A stretch of 64,000 nucleotides of DNA from Candidatus Saccharimonadia bacterium (GTDB lineage: Bacteria; Patescibacteriota; Saccharimonadia; CAILAD01; BJGX01). The stretch lies in the NCBI GenBank assembly GCA_039738635.1, contig JBCLLN010000003.1, positions 259 through 64,258 of the forward strand. Reading direction: 5' to 3'. The notes under the pieces were generated by a model that had not been told where the DNA came from, did no database searches, and saw only the letters and a list, made by a program, of their open reading frames with translations. A program made the translations under genes and the position numbers. This document shows positions 49,421-57,098 of this stretch, piece after piece (the stretch's first letter is position 1; every line of letters starts with the position of its first letter).

Positions 49421-49446
49421 AAAAACACCCTACAATGAGTAGGGTG
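49421..49446 (-). terminator. Rho-independent terminator ending the high-GC transcription unit
   Basis: Minus strand reads CACCCTAC-TCATT-GTAGGGTG followed by TTTTT. Confidence 0.75.
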
Positions 49447-49508
49447 TGAAGATGTACGATCCCCGGGGATCTAGAGGTCGTGCTAGGCCAATATTTCCCC
49501 GAGGACCG

Positions 49509-49534
49509 TCGCATCTAAAGTAGATGCGATTTTT
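49509..49534 (+). terminator. Plus-strand intrinsic-terminator-like hairpin
   Basis: TCGCATCTA-AAG-TAGATGCGA followed by TTTTT. The T-run is present on the plus strand only. Confidence 0.55.
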
Positions 49535-49627
49535 GAGTGAACTGGCGTGGAGGTCGGCTTCGGGGCACCACTCGTGTGGCGCCACCCGTGGAACCACATT
49601 GGTGGATACCCCGAGAACCGACCGTCA

Positions 49628-49653
49628 GTGTGCCCGCTAGCACACATTTTTTT
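49628..49653 (+). terminator. Plus-strand intrinsic-terminator-like hairpin
   Basis: GTGTGC-CCGCTA-GCACAC, then A, then TTTTTTT. Confidence 0.55.
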
Positions 49654-49787
49654 GCATTGTCTGCGAAAGTTGCCCCCGGAGCGGGGCGGACACTTTGGAG
49701 TAGCATTCGCTTGAACTCCGGGGGCACCCTGTGCGCGGTTTGGGGTACCGGCGGGGAAGCCGGGGGCTCCACGCACAGATCTTGGGC

Positions 49788-50198
49788 TCAGGCGCCCTTG
49801 TGCATCCTGAGCTCGACGGCGCAGTACTCGACCTCGCGACTGTGGTCACGAGTGTGCATCAGACCGAGCTCGTCGCCCTCGAGCAGATGTGCTTCGGTCA
49901 GTGCGTGTGCGCTGCCAGGACGAGCCGTGATGTCGTCGGGCATGACAATCTCGAGCACACCATGCAGCTTGAGCTCGTCGTCGTTGAAGTGGTACATGTA
50001 GTACCCGTTGTTACGCATCTGCTCGACTGCGCTGCTCAGGATGGCAAATAGTTGCTTGGCTTCGGGCTTGGTACAGCCCGTCTCCACCATATAGGCCGCA
50101 ACCACTCTGCCTTTGGTCGGCTTGTCACGAATTTCAGGCGCAGGTTGGGGCACAGTCTGTCTCATCCGTCGCGTTGGAGTTCTGAATAGTGCTGTCAT
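49788..50198 (-). CDS. Hypothetical 136-aa protein encoded in high-GC foreign DNA (cassette 2)
   Basis: The only frame in the island with strongly G/C-biased third positions. I prefer the ATG at 50198 (MTALFRTPTRR..), which has GAGGTG 12 nt upstream, over the track start at 50261. That start lies upstream of the predicted promoter's -10. No family recognised. Confidence 0.5.
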   Translation of the reverse strand: MTALFRTPTRRMRQTVPQPAPEIRDKPTKGRVVAAYMVETGCTKPEAKQLFAILSSAVEQMRNNGYYMYHFNDDELKLHGVLEIVMPDDITARPGSAHALTEAHLLEGDELGLMHTRDHSREVEYCAVELRMHKGA

Positions 50199-50252
50199 GG
50201 TCAAAACAATCACCTCTGTGTTGGTAGGAACCCTGGTTGAACAGTTGCTTTG

Positions 50253-50281
50253 ATTTTGCACCTACAAATAACTTATGTCAA
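50253..50281 (-). promoter_or_regulatory. Candidate promoter for the high-GC ORF, located in AT-rich native-like DNA
   Basis: Minus strand reads TTGACA - 17 nt - CAAAAT (weak -10). Three CTTGAAAT octamers lie just upstream. Confidence 0.3.
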
Positions 50282-50327
50282 TATTTTCGCATTTCCATTT
50301 CAAGCATTTTATTTCAAGTTATTTCAA

Positions 50328-50369
50328 ATTTCAAGGTTCGACCTTGATAGGTGTTATTTTGTGTAATAT
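50328..50369 (+). repeat. 42-bp direct repeat, copy C
   Basis: Identical to copies A and B, 1077 bp from B. Flanked by ATTTCAAG octamers at 50297, 50311, 50374 and 50395. Confidence 0.95.
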
Positions 50370-50442
50370 TTACATTTCAAGGTTCAATTTTTTCATTTCA
50401 AGATCGAACCTTTCGCGCCTTTGTAATGTCAATGGATATGTA

Positions 50443-51288
50443 CTATCGGATACACTTAGTTACAACTTCGGAAAATTCTTTTGGCTCCAGCACCGGAAAC
50501 TGATGCGTGCCTTTAAGCTCAATCAGATTAGAATTTTTTATTAAGCTAGCAAGCCTAGTGATATTCGTTTTGATGACTGCCCTATCCTTATCGGTATTAA
50601 TAATAAAAACTGGTATTTTAATTACTTCCAGCCCTTCCAGACAGCGTTGGTTTTGGATTGAATTTTTAATACTACTAAATAATGCATGGTGATCAATATG
50701 GTCTAGGTCGTAGCTATCTAATCCATTCTGGCTAATCTTTTGCTTGACATACCTCGGCAAAATTTTATTACGAACAAGCTTGGATTTATGAACGGTAGTT
50801 AGGACTCTGTGGCGGAGCTCGTTTTTGATATTATCAGAGACATTTCTGTAACGGCTCTGAATAATTTTGGATTGAGATTTATCAAGGATGATAGGTATGT
50901 TAGTCAGCACTAGCTTGCCGACTTTGCGGGGATAGCGTTTGGCAAATTCTAACGCCACCAATGCGCCTAGTGAGTGCCCGGCCAAATATATTTTACCGTA
51001 CACACGATCGTTCCAGAGCGCCTGGCGCAAAGCGTCGGCCTGCTGCCACAAATAGTACTCTAGCTCGTCTGGGCGAGGCGACTCGCCAAAGCCTAATAAA
51101 TCGTAGCTAATAACCAAGAAGTTTTTGCCTAAAAATTGTGATGGCTCGGCCCAATATCGGCCCGATGATCCCAGCCCATGCAACATAATAAGCTTCTTGC
51201 CAAACCCATACCTAAATTGTTCGTGGCAAGCCAGATTATCTTTTGGGATTAAGTTAAAAATATTATATGGCCTGGTGATAACTTTCAT
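50443..51288 (-). CDS. Alpha/beta-fold hydrolase
   Basis: HGLGSS oxyanion region, nucleophile elbow GHSLGA, C-terminal His (GTHQFP). Confidence 0.75.
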   Translation of the reverse strand: MKVITRPYNIFNLIPKDNLACHEQFRYGFGKKLIMLHGLGSSGRYWAEPSQFLGKNFLVISYDLLGFGESPRPDELEYYLWQQADALRQALWNDRVYGKIYLAGHSLGALVALEFAKRYPRKVGKLVLTNIPIILDKSQSKIIQSRYRNVSDNIKNELRHRVLTTVHKSKLVRNKILPRYVKQKISQNGLDSYDLDHIDHHALFSSIKNSIQNQRCLEGLEVIKIPVFIINTDKDRAVIKTNITRLASLIKNSNLIELKGTHQFPVLEPKEFSEVVTKCIR

Positions 51289-51327
51289 TGTCCTAGCCTC
51301 CTTGACGATTTATTATACAAGTCTTCA

Positions 51328-53112
51328 TTACGATATATCGTATCTTTTAAGCTTGGCCTTACCCGCCTCGGTTTGACTAACGGACTGTAATCTCAAGAGC
51401 TCGGAATATATACCATCACTCTTGGCGAGCTCGGCTGGCGCGCCAACTTCAATTACCCTGCCTCCCCGCAACCCCACAATACAGTCAACTCCTGCGATAG
51501 TAGATAGGCGATGGGCAATTATAAGAGTGGTGCGGTTTTTCATTAGTCTTTCTAGGGCTTGCTGGACTTCGTGCTCGGCCTTGCTATCAAGGCTACTGGT
51601 GGCCTCGTCAAAAATTAGTATGGAAGGGTCCTTGAGTATCGCTCGGGCAATTGAGATGCGCTGTTTTTGACCTCCACTAAGCTTAACTCCCCGCTCTCCT
51701 ATTTGGGTATCAATCCCCTGGGGTAGCTTCTGAATAAATCCATAGGCATTAGCGGCCTTGGCTGCCAATACCACATCCTCTAAGCTGGCGTTAGTCTTAG
51801 AATAAGCGATATTCTCTTTTACCGTACCAGAAAATAGCATAGACTCCTGGAACACAACACCCACAGACTCTCTCAAGCTCCGCTGAGTAACACTATTGAT
51901 ATTTTGGCCATCAATAGTTATTTGGCCAGCCCCTACTTCATAAAACCTCAGTAATAAATTAGCTAGGGTACTCTTGCCCTCACCAGACTCACCCACCAGC
52001 GCCAGCTTACTGCCAGGCTCAACGGTGAAGCTAATGTCATGGAGTACTTTACTGCCCTTGTCATAGGAAAAATCAACCGCTCCATACTCCACCTTGCCAC
52101 GCTTTATTTTAAGTGGTTTGGCGCTATCAACATCATTTATCTCGGCTTTGGTGTTCATGACAGAAAAATAATCCTTACTCCCAGCCGACGCTCGTTGCAG
52201 GGCATCAATAATAAAGCTACTGCCAAAGAGTGGGAATTCGGCTTGCAACACAAGAGTAATGAGCAGTACCACAGTACCAAGCCCATATACGCCCTGGTAT
52301 CCCTGCCAAATAATTACCACATAAATCCCTATAAATACCAGGTTTAATATCACCCTGCGCAGAACATCATATTTGTGCCACTGCTTGGACTGAGCACGAG
52401 TCTGGTGCTCTATAGATCCCCTCCTGGCATTAAAATAACTCACTTCGCTAGCTTCCCTAACAAAGGATTTTACTACCCTCACCTGAGCAATACTCTCTAC
52501 AAACCTGCCATTGGCCTTATCCAGGTCTTTGTTAATGCCCTCCTGGGCCTTCTGCCAGGACTTGCTGGACAGGTGTGTAATCCAAATATAAGTCGGGAAA
52601 ATAATTAGTAGTAATAATGCCACGGACCAGGAGTAAAGCGCAATAACCACCAGCGTCATAGCTGTAGTTAAGAAAAACTGAATAAAATTATTGCCAAGAG
52701 TCTGCATCAGCGTGCTAATAGTGGCAATGGACCTATCTAGGCGAGCAGTTATTTTGCCTGTTAGCTCATTATCATAGTAGCTAATGGGCAAGTCCATAAG
52801 ATGGCTAAAATATCTCCTAGAGAGTAGGCTATTAAGCTTAGCAGCCATGTTATCTCCAATATACCCATTGATATTAGATAGCCAAGTAATTGCTAGGTTT
52901 ACCACGAGCATTAGAACCAGTAATAACAAAAAATAACTAAACTCCACACTACCGCCATTATTTTTAGTAGTTAGCCCGTCTATCAGGCCTTTGGTTATAA
53001 AGGGTGTGGCTAAACTCAAAAAAGCTAGCACAATTACAAATAAAGACATAGCCAAATAATATGGCCACAGGCTAGAGGAGTATTTAATGATTCGGATAAT
53101 CTCACGCATCAT
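51328..53112 (-). CDS. ABC exporter, fused permease/ATPase (MsbA/type I exporter-like)
   Basis: 6-TM N-domain. Walker A GESGEGKST, signature LSGGQKQR, Walker B ILIFDEATS. Confidence 0.85.
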   Translation of the reverse strand: MMREIIRIIKYSSSLWPYYLAMSLFVIVLAFLSLATPFITKGLIDGLTTKNNGGSVEFSYFLLLLVLMLVVNLAITWLSNINGYIGDNMAAKLNSLLSRRYFSHLMDLPISYYDNELTGKITARLDRSIATISTLMQTLGNNFIQFFLTTAMTLVVIALYSWSVALLLLIIFPTYIWITHLSSKSWQKAQEGINKDLDKANGRFVESIAQVRVVKSFVREASEVSYFNARRGSIEHQTRAQSKQWHKYDVLRRVILNLVFIGIYVVIIWQGYQGVYGLGTVVLLITLVLQAEFPLFGSSFIIDALQRASAGSKDYFSVMNTKAEINDVDSAKPLKIKRGKVEYGAVDFSYDKGSKVLHDISFTVEPGSKLALVGESGEGKSTLANLLLRFYEVGAGQITIDGQNINSVTQRSLRESVGVVFQESMLFSGTVKENIAYSKTNASLEDVVLAAKAANAYGFIQKLPQGIDTQIGERGVKLSGGQKQRISIARAILKDPSILIFDEATSSLDSKAEHEVQQALERLMKNRTTLIIAHRLSTIAGVDCIVGLRGGRVIEVGAPAELAKSDGIYSELLRLQSVSQTEAGKAKLKRYDIS

Positions 53113-53150
53113 AATAATTATAGCAGTTATTGTTGTTAGCTAATAAAATA

Positions 53151-53179
53151 GGGGCCTTTCAAAAAAATTGAAAAGCCCC
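53151..53179 (-). terminator. Hairpin terminator downstream of the 228-aa repeat-protein gene
   Basis: GGGGC-C-TTTCAA-AAAAA-TTGAAA-A-GCCCC. On the minus strand it is followed by TATTTTATT. Confidence 0.6.
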
Positions 53180-53182
53180 TTG

Positions 53183-53210
53183 ACTGGACTTACCTTAGGA
53201 TTACTAGCTG
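53183..53210 (-). repeat. 28-nt conserved 3' element of the repeat-protein family (copy 2)
   Basis: Identical to 14374-14401. Lies 16 nt downstream of the stop. Confidence 0.7.
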
Positions 53211-53226
53211 TTGGGTTGGGCTCTTA

Positions 53227-53913
53227 TCATATTTTATCTTTTAAATGAGGGTACTTGTCTCTGAGGGCTTGTTTGTCGGACCTGGGGAGGCTATCAAGGT
53301 AGAGGTCACCACCAATGGTGGTGGGTAGGGTTAGGCCCTCAGCGCTGGTGAGGTTGCTGAGGTCGAGGCCGCCACCAATGGTGGTGGGGAGGGTTAGACC
53401 CTCGGTGCTAGTGAGGCCATTGAGGTAGAGCTTGCCACCAATGGTGGTGATAGGGAGAGTTAGGTCCTTGGCGCTAGTGAGGTTGTAGAGGCTGAGGCCG
53501 CCACCAATGGTGGTGGGGAGGGTTAGGCCTTCGGCACTGGTCAGGCCGTGGAGGTCGAGGTAGCCATTAACTACGGCTTCTTGGCTTGCTTCGTCATATT
53601 CTACTTCTAGCCTACCTACTTTTTCTTGTACTTCCTGTGGAGTATAAGTGCCATCTTGAATCAACCATTGCTTCATAGCTTCAATTTGGGCCTGGGCCTC
53701 TAGGATTTTGGCTTCAGGGCTGTTGGCTTGACGCTCTCTAGCTCTTTCATCTACTTCACTCTTAGCTTGGGCAAAAATATCTCCCCTCTCGGCTTGTTTA
53801 GCTTGGAGTTGAGCTCTTAGAGGGTCAGTATTATATGGATCAAATCTAACTCCCTTAGGGTTAGATTTATTGATGGCATCTATAAATTCGCGGGGGGTGT
53901 AGATTTCTGACAT
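53227..53913 (-). CDS. Leaderless 228-aa protein with four C-terminal 21/22-residue LRR-like repeats and an intact conserved tail
   Basis: LTSAEGLTLPTTIGGGLSLYN-type units at 53287-53562, then the tail LPRSDKQALRDKYPHLKDKI. The N-terminal 115 aa are helical/charged and unrelated to the 635-aa paralog. Confidence 0.65.
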   Translation of the reverse strand: MSEIYTPREFIDAINKSNPKGVRFDPYNTDPLRAQLQAKQAERGDIFAQAKSEVDERARERQANSPEAKILEAQAQIEAMKQWLIQDGTYTPQEVQEKVGRLEVEYDEASQEAVVNGYLDLHGLTSAEGLTLPTTIGGGLSLYNLTSAKDLTLPITTIGGKLYLNGLTSTEGLTLPTTIGGGLDLSNLTSAEGLTLPTTIGGDLYLDSLPRSDKQALRDKYPHLKDKI

Positions 53914-53935
53914 TTGTAGTAATACTTATGTATTT

Positions 53936-53965
53936 ATTATACTGTAGTTATGATGGTTATAGCAA
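53936..53965 (-). promoter_or_regulatory. Sigma70-like promoter conserved between the two repeat-protein genes
   Basis: Minus strand reads TTGCTA - 18 nt - TATAAT, 23 nt upstream of the ATG. Aligns with 16511-16540. Confidence 0.5.
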
Positions 53966-54092
53966 AAGCCCCAAGGAATTAGCGATTTTAAAGTATGTCC
54001 AGTATATCTAGACAACAGATAGCTTTTATGCTATAGTCTTTGATATTACTAGCAAAGCTCTGCTCTAGGGCTTTTATTTTAACTATAAATAT

Positions 54093-55919
54093 ATGACTAA
54101 TCCCAGCAACATTCGCAATATCGCTATTATAGCTCACGTTGATCATGGTAAGACTACCTTGGTCGATGGCCTCTTAAAGCAATCTAACTCCTTTAGAGAG
54201 AATCAGGCCGAAATGAGCCAAACCACCATCCTTGATACTGGCGATCTAGAGCGCGAGCGAGGCATAACCATCTCTGCCAAACAGGCTGCCGTACACTATG
54301 GCGACACCAAGATAAATATTATCGATACGCCCGGCCACGCTGACTTTTCTGGTGAAGTAGAGCGGACTCTTAATATGGCCGATGGAGTGCTGTTAATTGT
54401 AGATGCTCAGGAAGGTCCTATGCCCCAAACCAAGTTTGTACTACAAAAAGCCCTCGCACTTGGCCTCAAGCCAGTAGTAGTAATCAATAAAATCGACAAA
54501 AAAGATGCTCGCATCCAGGATGTTGAGAACGAGATCAGTAACTTATTCCTAGATTTAGCTACCACCGAGGACCAGCTAGAGTTCCCTGTTTATTATGCTA
54601 TTGGCCGAGACGGTGTAGCCTGGAGTGAGATACCCCAAGATATGACCCTAGCTGCTGATTTGACGCCAATTTTTGAAGCTATCCTTAATCACATCCCAGC
54701 ACCAGATGCCGACATTATTGCTCCCTACCAAATGCTAGTGACCGCCCTAGACTGGGACAATTACCAAGGCAAGTATTGTATTGGTCGAGTCCGTCGAGGC
54801 ACCATTAAGCCCGGACAGGCTGTTGTAGTGATAGATACTAAAGGAGTGGTCAAAAACTCCAAAGTAGCTAAGGTCTTTGTTAATAAAGGCTTGAATCGCA
54901 AAGAAGTAGCCGAGGCCCAGGCCGGTGATATTGTAGCTCTGACTGGAATTGATGAAGTTACTATTGGTGCTACCCTAGCCGACCCCAGCAACCCTGAAGT
55001 CTTACCGATGATGGATATTGCACCTCCCACCCTACAGATTGGTATCGGCCCTAACACCTCGCCTTTTGCTGGCAGGGAAGGCACCCAAACAACCTCCAGG
55101 CAAATAGCAGCTAGGCTTCGTAAAGAACTCGAGACCAATGTCGGGCTACTAGTGGATGAGCGAGGCACTCAATTCCTGGTATCTGGAAGAGGTGAATTAC
55201 ACCTTTCTGTACTTATTGAAACCCTGCGTAGAGAAGGCTTTGAGCTAGAAGTAGGACGGCCCCAAGTTATTACCAAATCAGAAGATGGGCAAACCTTGGA
55301 GCCTATTGAGGAGCTAACAATTGAAGTAGCGAACGAATATGTTGGTGCCGTCCAGGCCGAGCTAGGTCAGCGCCGAGCAATCATTAAAGACCAGCGCCCC
55401 ACTGCCAAGAACACCACCGAGCTTATTTATGAGCTCCCCACCAGAACATTGCTAGGTCTGCGCAATGTCCTACTCACCAGTACTAAGGGAACTGTTATTA
55501 TGAACAGCTTATCTATTGGCTATGCTCCCGCCTCTCGGGCTCTTCAGCAGCTCCGTAAAGGGGCGCTGATAGCATCTGAGGCAGGTACCGCCACCCCTTA
55601 CAGCCTGAGTACTGTGGAGTCCCGTGGGACTGCCTATATTGCCCCTGGCACCAAAGTCTATGCCGGTATGGTTATTGGGCTTAATACTCGCAAGGAAGAT
55701 ATGGAGATAAATGTCGCCAAGGAAAAAAAGCTCACCAATGTCCGAGCCTCAGGCTCCGATGACGCCATAAAACTCGTACCCTTTACTAATCTTAGTCTAG
55801 AGCAAGCAATTGATTTTATTGAAAGCGATGAACTCCTAGAGGTTACTCCGGCTAGTATTAGAATCCGTAAAAAACACCTCACCTCACACGAACGCAAAAA
55901 AGCTCAGAACAAGCGGTAA
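54093..55919 (+). CDS. typA: Translational GTPase TypA/BipA
   Basis: IRNIAIIAHVDHGKTTLVD, DTPGHADF and NKID motifs. 608 aa. Confidence 0.95.
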   Translation: MTNPSNIRNIAIIAHVDHGKTTLVDGLLKQSNSFRENQAEMSQTTILDTGDLERERGITISAKQAAVHYGDTKINIIDTPGHADFSGEVERTLNMADGVLLIVDAQEGPMPQTKFVLQKALALGLKPVVVINKIDKKDARIQDVENEISNLFLDLATTEDQLEFPVYYAIGRDGVAWSEIPQDMTLAADLTPIFEAILNHIPAPDADIIAPYQMLVTALDWDNYQGKYCIGRVRRGTIKPGQAVVVIDTKGVVKNSKVAKVFVNKGLNRKEVAEAQAGDIVALTGIDEVTIGATLADPSNPEVLPMMDIAPPTLQIGIGPNTSPFAGREGTQTTSRQIAARLRKELETNVGLLVDERGTQFLVSGRGELHLSVLIETLRREGFELEVGRPQVITKSEDGQTLEPIEELTIEVANEYVGAVQAELGQRRAIIKDQRPTAKNTTELIYELPTRTLLGLRNVLLTSTKGTVIMNSLSIGYAPASRALQQLRKGALIASEAGTATPYSLSTVESRGTAYIAPGTKVYAGMVIGLNTRKEDMEINVAKEKKLTNVRASGSDDAIKLVPFTNLSLEQAIDFIESDELLEVTPASIRIRKKHLTSHERKKAQNKR

Positions 55920-56092
55920 TACACCAAAACAAAAAAGCTCCTTCGTTTATAATATTTACGGGCAAAGACACTATTAATATATATGACTTTGAACAGGTAG
56001 AGGAGCCTAAAAACCCCCATTTGAAATGCTGTCAAGCATAGCGGAATAATAACTTCTAACCTGTTAAACTACCAACTAATAGGCCAATATAC

Positions 56093-56121
56093 TTGACAAA
56101 CATGCTTATGCTTGGTATAAT
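56093..56121 (+). promoter_or_regulatory. Consensus sigma70 promoter upstream of the rpf-like gene
   Basis: TTGACA - 17 nt - TATAAT exactly, leaving a ~160-nt leader before the ATG at 56288. Confidence 0.65.
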
Positions 56122-56287
56122 ATGCGCTGTTCAATTGAGAGACCCTAATTCAGGGCTCTTTTCAGTTGAGCACCAAGCATAAGAGTGTACTCATTTGTGA
56201 GGTCGAACGCACTCTTTTGATAGCAGTACATTAAACGGAGAAGGTTAATCGGGGACAGCCCTAGTAATAAGGCCTACCTACCAACCT

Positions 56288-56848
56288 ATGCGTAACATTT
56301 ACATCGCAGTTTTTACTACTTTCGTAGTTCTGCAACAGGCAATTAACCCTGTACAAATCCCTATTGCCGCGACAGCCCTGGCTTCAAGCCAGCCTGCCAG
56401 TACAGCAAAACAAAACTACAATCTAAACCTTAATACCAATACTCTCGCTATTGAGCTAAAGGATGAGCGTCCTAGCTTCGATGATGCCATTCTTAAGCCA
56501 TTGCGCGTGGCCCAAGAAGCCAAAAAGGCCCAAGATGAAGCTGCTGCTAAGGCCCTTATTGTGGCCTCTAGACCAGTATCGACCCCTAGAGCACCATTGG
56601 TGATAGGTGGTGATGATGTTTGGGCTCAATTGCGCTACTGTGAGGCTGGTGGTAACTACACCACTAACACCGGTAACGGCTACTTTGGTGCTTACCAGTA
56701 CAACCTCTCTACCTGGGGTAACTATGGCGGTTTTGCCCGCCCCGACCTTGCTCCTCCTGAAGTTCAGGACGCCAAGGCTCGTGAAACCCAGGCTGCCCGT
56801 GGATGGTCTCCATGGCCATCATGTGCTCGCCGTCTAGGTCTTTTATAA
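56288..56848 (+). CDS. Secreted resuscitation-promoting-factor (Rpf)-like transglycosylase domain protein
   Basis: Signal-like N-terminus. The C-terminal WAQLRYCEAGGNYTTNTGNGYFGAYQYNLSTWGNYGG...WPSC matches the Rpf/transglycosylase-like domain pattern with its Cys pair. Confidence 0.75.
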   Translation: MRNIYIAVFTTFVVLQQAINPVQIPIAATALASSQPASTAKQNYNLNLNTNTLAIELKDERPSFDDAILKPLRVAQEAKKAQDEAAAKALIVASRPVSTPRAPLVIGGDDVWAQLRYCEAGGNYTTNTGNGYFGAYQYNLSTWGNYGGFARPDLAPPEVQDAKARETQAARGWSPWPSCARRLGLL

Positions 56849-56878
56849 CCTAGGCTTACAAGAGTACAGATCTAAAGC

Positions 56879-56910
56879 AATAACCCCCGCTCATTTTAGC
56901 GGGGGTTATT
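56879..56910 (+). terminator. 13-bp perfect stem hairpin after the rpf-like gene
   Basis: AATAACCCCCGCT-CATTTT-AGCGGGGGTTATT. The U-tract is weak. Followed by the direct repeat TTGTATGTCTA x2. Confidence 0.55.
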
Positions 56911-56942
56911 GTATGTCTATTGTATGTCTAGCGAATAGCTAC

Positions 56943-57053
56943 CTACTGGCAAACCTCACACTCGTCAAGCTCGCTAGGGTCTATCGGGCAAGTCATTATC
57001 TTATCCCAATCGTCATTACTAATTGATCCTGAAGTTTTGGCCGTTTCTGGCAT
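56943..57053 (-). CDS. Candidate small protein, 36 aa, Cys-containing
   Basis: Below the ORF-track size cutoff. Sequence MPETAKTSGSISNDDWDKIMTCPIDPSELDECEVCQ. AAGGAGG lies 10 nt upstream (57064-57070) and it has its own promoter. Confidence 0.45.
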   Translation of the reverse strand: MPETAKTSGSISNDDWDKIMTCPIDPSELDECEVCQ

Positions 57054-57098
57054 AATCTACTTTCCTCCTTTTGTTTATTTTTCTTAAAGCTTGTATCT

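Noticed and set aside
49458-49478. GATCCCCGGGGATCTAGAGG resembles the pUC-type polylinker segment CCCGGGGATCCTCTAGAG, which raises the possibility of vector contamination.
   Set aside because: Only ~10 contiguous nt match from memory, the rest diverges, and the flanks do not look like vector backbone. A natural GC-rich palindrome is more likely. A VecScreen/UniVec search would settle it.
49483-50261. Many overlapping ORFs on both strands in the high-GC island (49483-49776, 49515-49772, 49537-50001, 49637-49849, 49731-50051).
   Set aside because: High GC depletes stop codons, so long spurious ORFs appear in all frames. Their translations are low-complexity R/P/G/S-rich. Only 49788-50198 (minus) shows G/C-biased third positions and a protein-like composition.
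48147-50369. Could the three 42-bp repeats be a CRISPR array or an integron cassette array?
   Set aside because: The spacing is ~1.1 kb, whereas CRISPR spacers are tens of bp, and no cas genes are present. For an integron I see no intI gene and no attC-type R''/R' cores (RYYYAAC...GTTRRRY) in the repeat. I kept it as an unclassified att-like cassette locus instead.
40828-54092. Gene-strand polarity switches from almost all minus (1-40.8 kb) to plus (giant gene, then 54-60.8 kb). Could this mark oriC?
   Set aside because: No dnaA or dnaN nearby, and no cluster of TTATCCACA-like boxes, only isolated 7/9 matches. Minus-strand genes resume at 48.2-53.9 kb. A cumulative GC-skew calculation on the whole genome would be needed.
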